DNA of 64,000 bases, taken from contig CM074513.1 of the NCBI GenBank assembly GCA_037379345.1, positions 3,100,001-3,164,000 of the forward strand, given 5' to 3'. Below are positions 62,501-64,000 of the stretch, piece after piece. This DNA comes from Perna viridis. Lineage: Eukaryota. Position 1 is the stretch's first letter, and every line of letters begins with the position of its first letter. The position numbers were made by a program, and so were the translations under genes. The notes beneath the pieces were generated by a model that saw nothing but the letters and a program-made list of their open reading frames with translations, searched no databases and was not told the DNA's origin.

Positions 62501-64000
62501 CGTCTGATTAGTATGATTGAGAAATGGAAATCGGTGTTTTCGACCGGTCCTACTGATCTCGGTTTTACAAATCTAGTTGAACATGAAATCAAGCTTCATG
62601 ACGAGACACCATTTAAGGAACCGTACCGACGTATCCCTCCGGGAATGTTCGAGGAATTTCGGCAACATCTTCGAGAGATGTTAGACGTGGGTGCGATACG
62701 GGAATCTAATAGTCCGTTCTCGAGTAACGTTGTCCTTGTTCGGAAGAAAGACAACTCTCGTAGATTCTGCATTGATTTTCGGAAATTGAATAGTCGAACT
62801 ATTCGCGACGCATATCCTACAGCTCGAGTAGACGAGACGATCGAGAGTCTGGCTGGAGCGACTTATTTTTCCAAATTTGATCTTCGGTCGGCCTATTGGC
62901 AGTGTGGAATTAGGGAGGAAGACAAGAATAAAACAGCGTTTTCGGTCGGTCCGCTTGGATTTTACGAATGCAATCGGCTCCCATTTGGTCTTACAAATGT
63001 TGTTGCATGTTTCCAGAGAATGATAGAAAAATGCATGGGGGAACTGCATTTACGTGACTGTCTTGTTTTTCTTGATGATATTATAGTTTTCTCCAAGTCG
63101 GTGGATGAACATTTTTCTAGGCTAGAGCGAATGTTTCGTTGTCTCAGTGACAATGGTCTTAAACTGAAAGGTAGTAAGTGCGTATTTTTCCAGACTGAGG
63201 TAAAATACCTTGGTTTTGTAGTATCAGTTGATGGTATTAAACCGGATGATGAGAAATTATCGGCCGTGCAGAACTGGATGAAATTACCAATGTCAGAGAG
63301 TTACGACGGTTTTTAGGGTTTACTTCCTTCTACCGGAAGTTTGTCAAGGATTATAGCAAGATAGCTAAACCCTTGAATGATCTGCTAATAGGGCATCCGT
63401 CCGGGAAGAAACAGAAAGGTCGGTCTAAGATTAAGAGTAAAATACCATGGAAGTGGACTGCTGTAGAACAGAAAGCTCGAGATGAGTTAATACATAAGTT
63501 GACGAATCTCCCTATTCTTACGTATGCTGATTATATGCTACCATTTATCGTACACTGCGACGCGAGCGGCGACGGTTTGGGCGCAATTTTATACCAGAAG
63601 CAAGACGGACACAAGCGCGTGATCGCATACGCTAGTAGAAGCTTACGAGGCGCGGAGAAGTTATATCCGGCACATAAACGCGAGTTTCTGGCTTTGAAAT
63701 GGGCCGTCACGGATAAATTTCACGATTATTTAGTTGGTAACCGCTTCGAAGTCAGAACCGATAATAATCCGCTGACGTATGTGCTCGGAAAAGCTAAACT
63801 TGATGTTACGTCTCAGCGATGGATAGCATTGTTGGCTGATTTTGATTTCACTATCACCTATAGATCTGGTAAGTCAAGCATTGATTGTGATGCATTATCT
63901 CGGCTTAATTCGAAGAATGAAGGTAATAAAGGCATAGGTTCCATTATTGATGAAAAGGTTGTAAAAGCTGTTTGCTTGTCCTCAGTAGTTTCAGATTGTG

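Larger units (their letters stand above)
58991..64000 (+). mobile_element. Ty3/Gypsy LTR retrotransposon, degenerate, truncated by the window edge
   Basis: PNMA-like gag (~60454-61599: PRLPTFSGEE..FDVWKYEV, MLRSKFWSGL), protease LLDSGS (~61730), RT (RFCIDFRKLN, DLRSAYWQ, PFGLTN, FLDDII), RNase H (HCDASGDGLGAILYQ, IAYASRSL, RTDNNPL). Stops at 61567 and 62075 and several frameshifts. Confidence 0.95.

Overview
AT-rich animal genomic DNA. Dense TACATGTA octamers and the repeat families point to a bivalve mollusc (inference). Four intact-looking protein genes were reconstructed by hand from splice sites and reading frames: an MTMR10/11/12-like myotubularin-related gene (- strand, 11 coding exons, running off the left edge), an intronless linker histone H1 with an acidic N-terminal extension (+), a 10-exon glucocerebrosidase (GBA, -) lacking a normally conserved S-P-I tripeptide, and, head-to-head with GBA, a 6-exon ~323-aa orphan type I membrane receptor (+). 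The receptor has a signal peptide, Cys-rich Ig-like ectodomain, TM helix and a tail with four tyrosine motifs; the ORF track shows only pieces of it. A decayed carboxylesterase gene follows. Mobile DNA includes a non-LTR retrotransposon 3' fragment, several Penelope-like fragments (some inverted), a minimal hammerhead ribozyme, SINEs, many MITEs, tandem repeats, and the 5' half of a degenerate Ty3/Gypsy element (LTR, tRNA-Thr PBS, gag, PR-RT-RH). The best candidates for novelty are the orphan tyrosine-motif receptor, the hammerhead plus the conserved structured Penelope 3' element, and nested inverted MITE pairs around MTMR exons.
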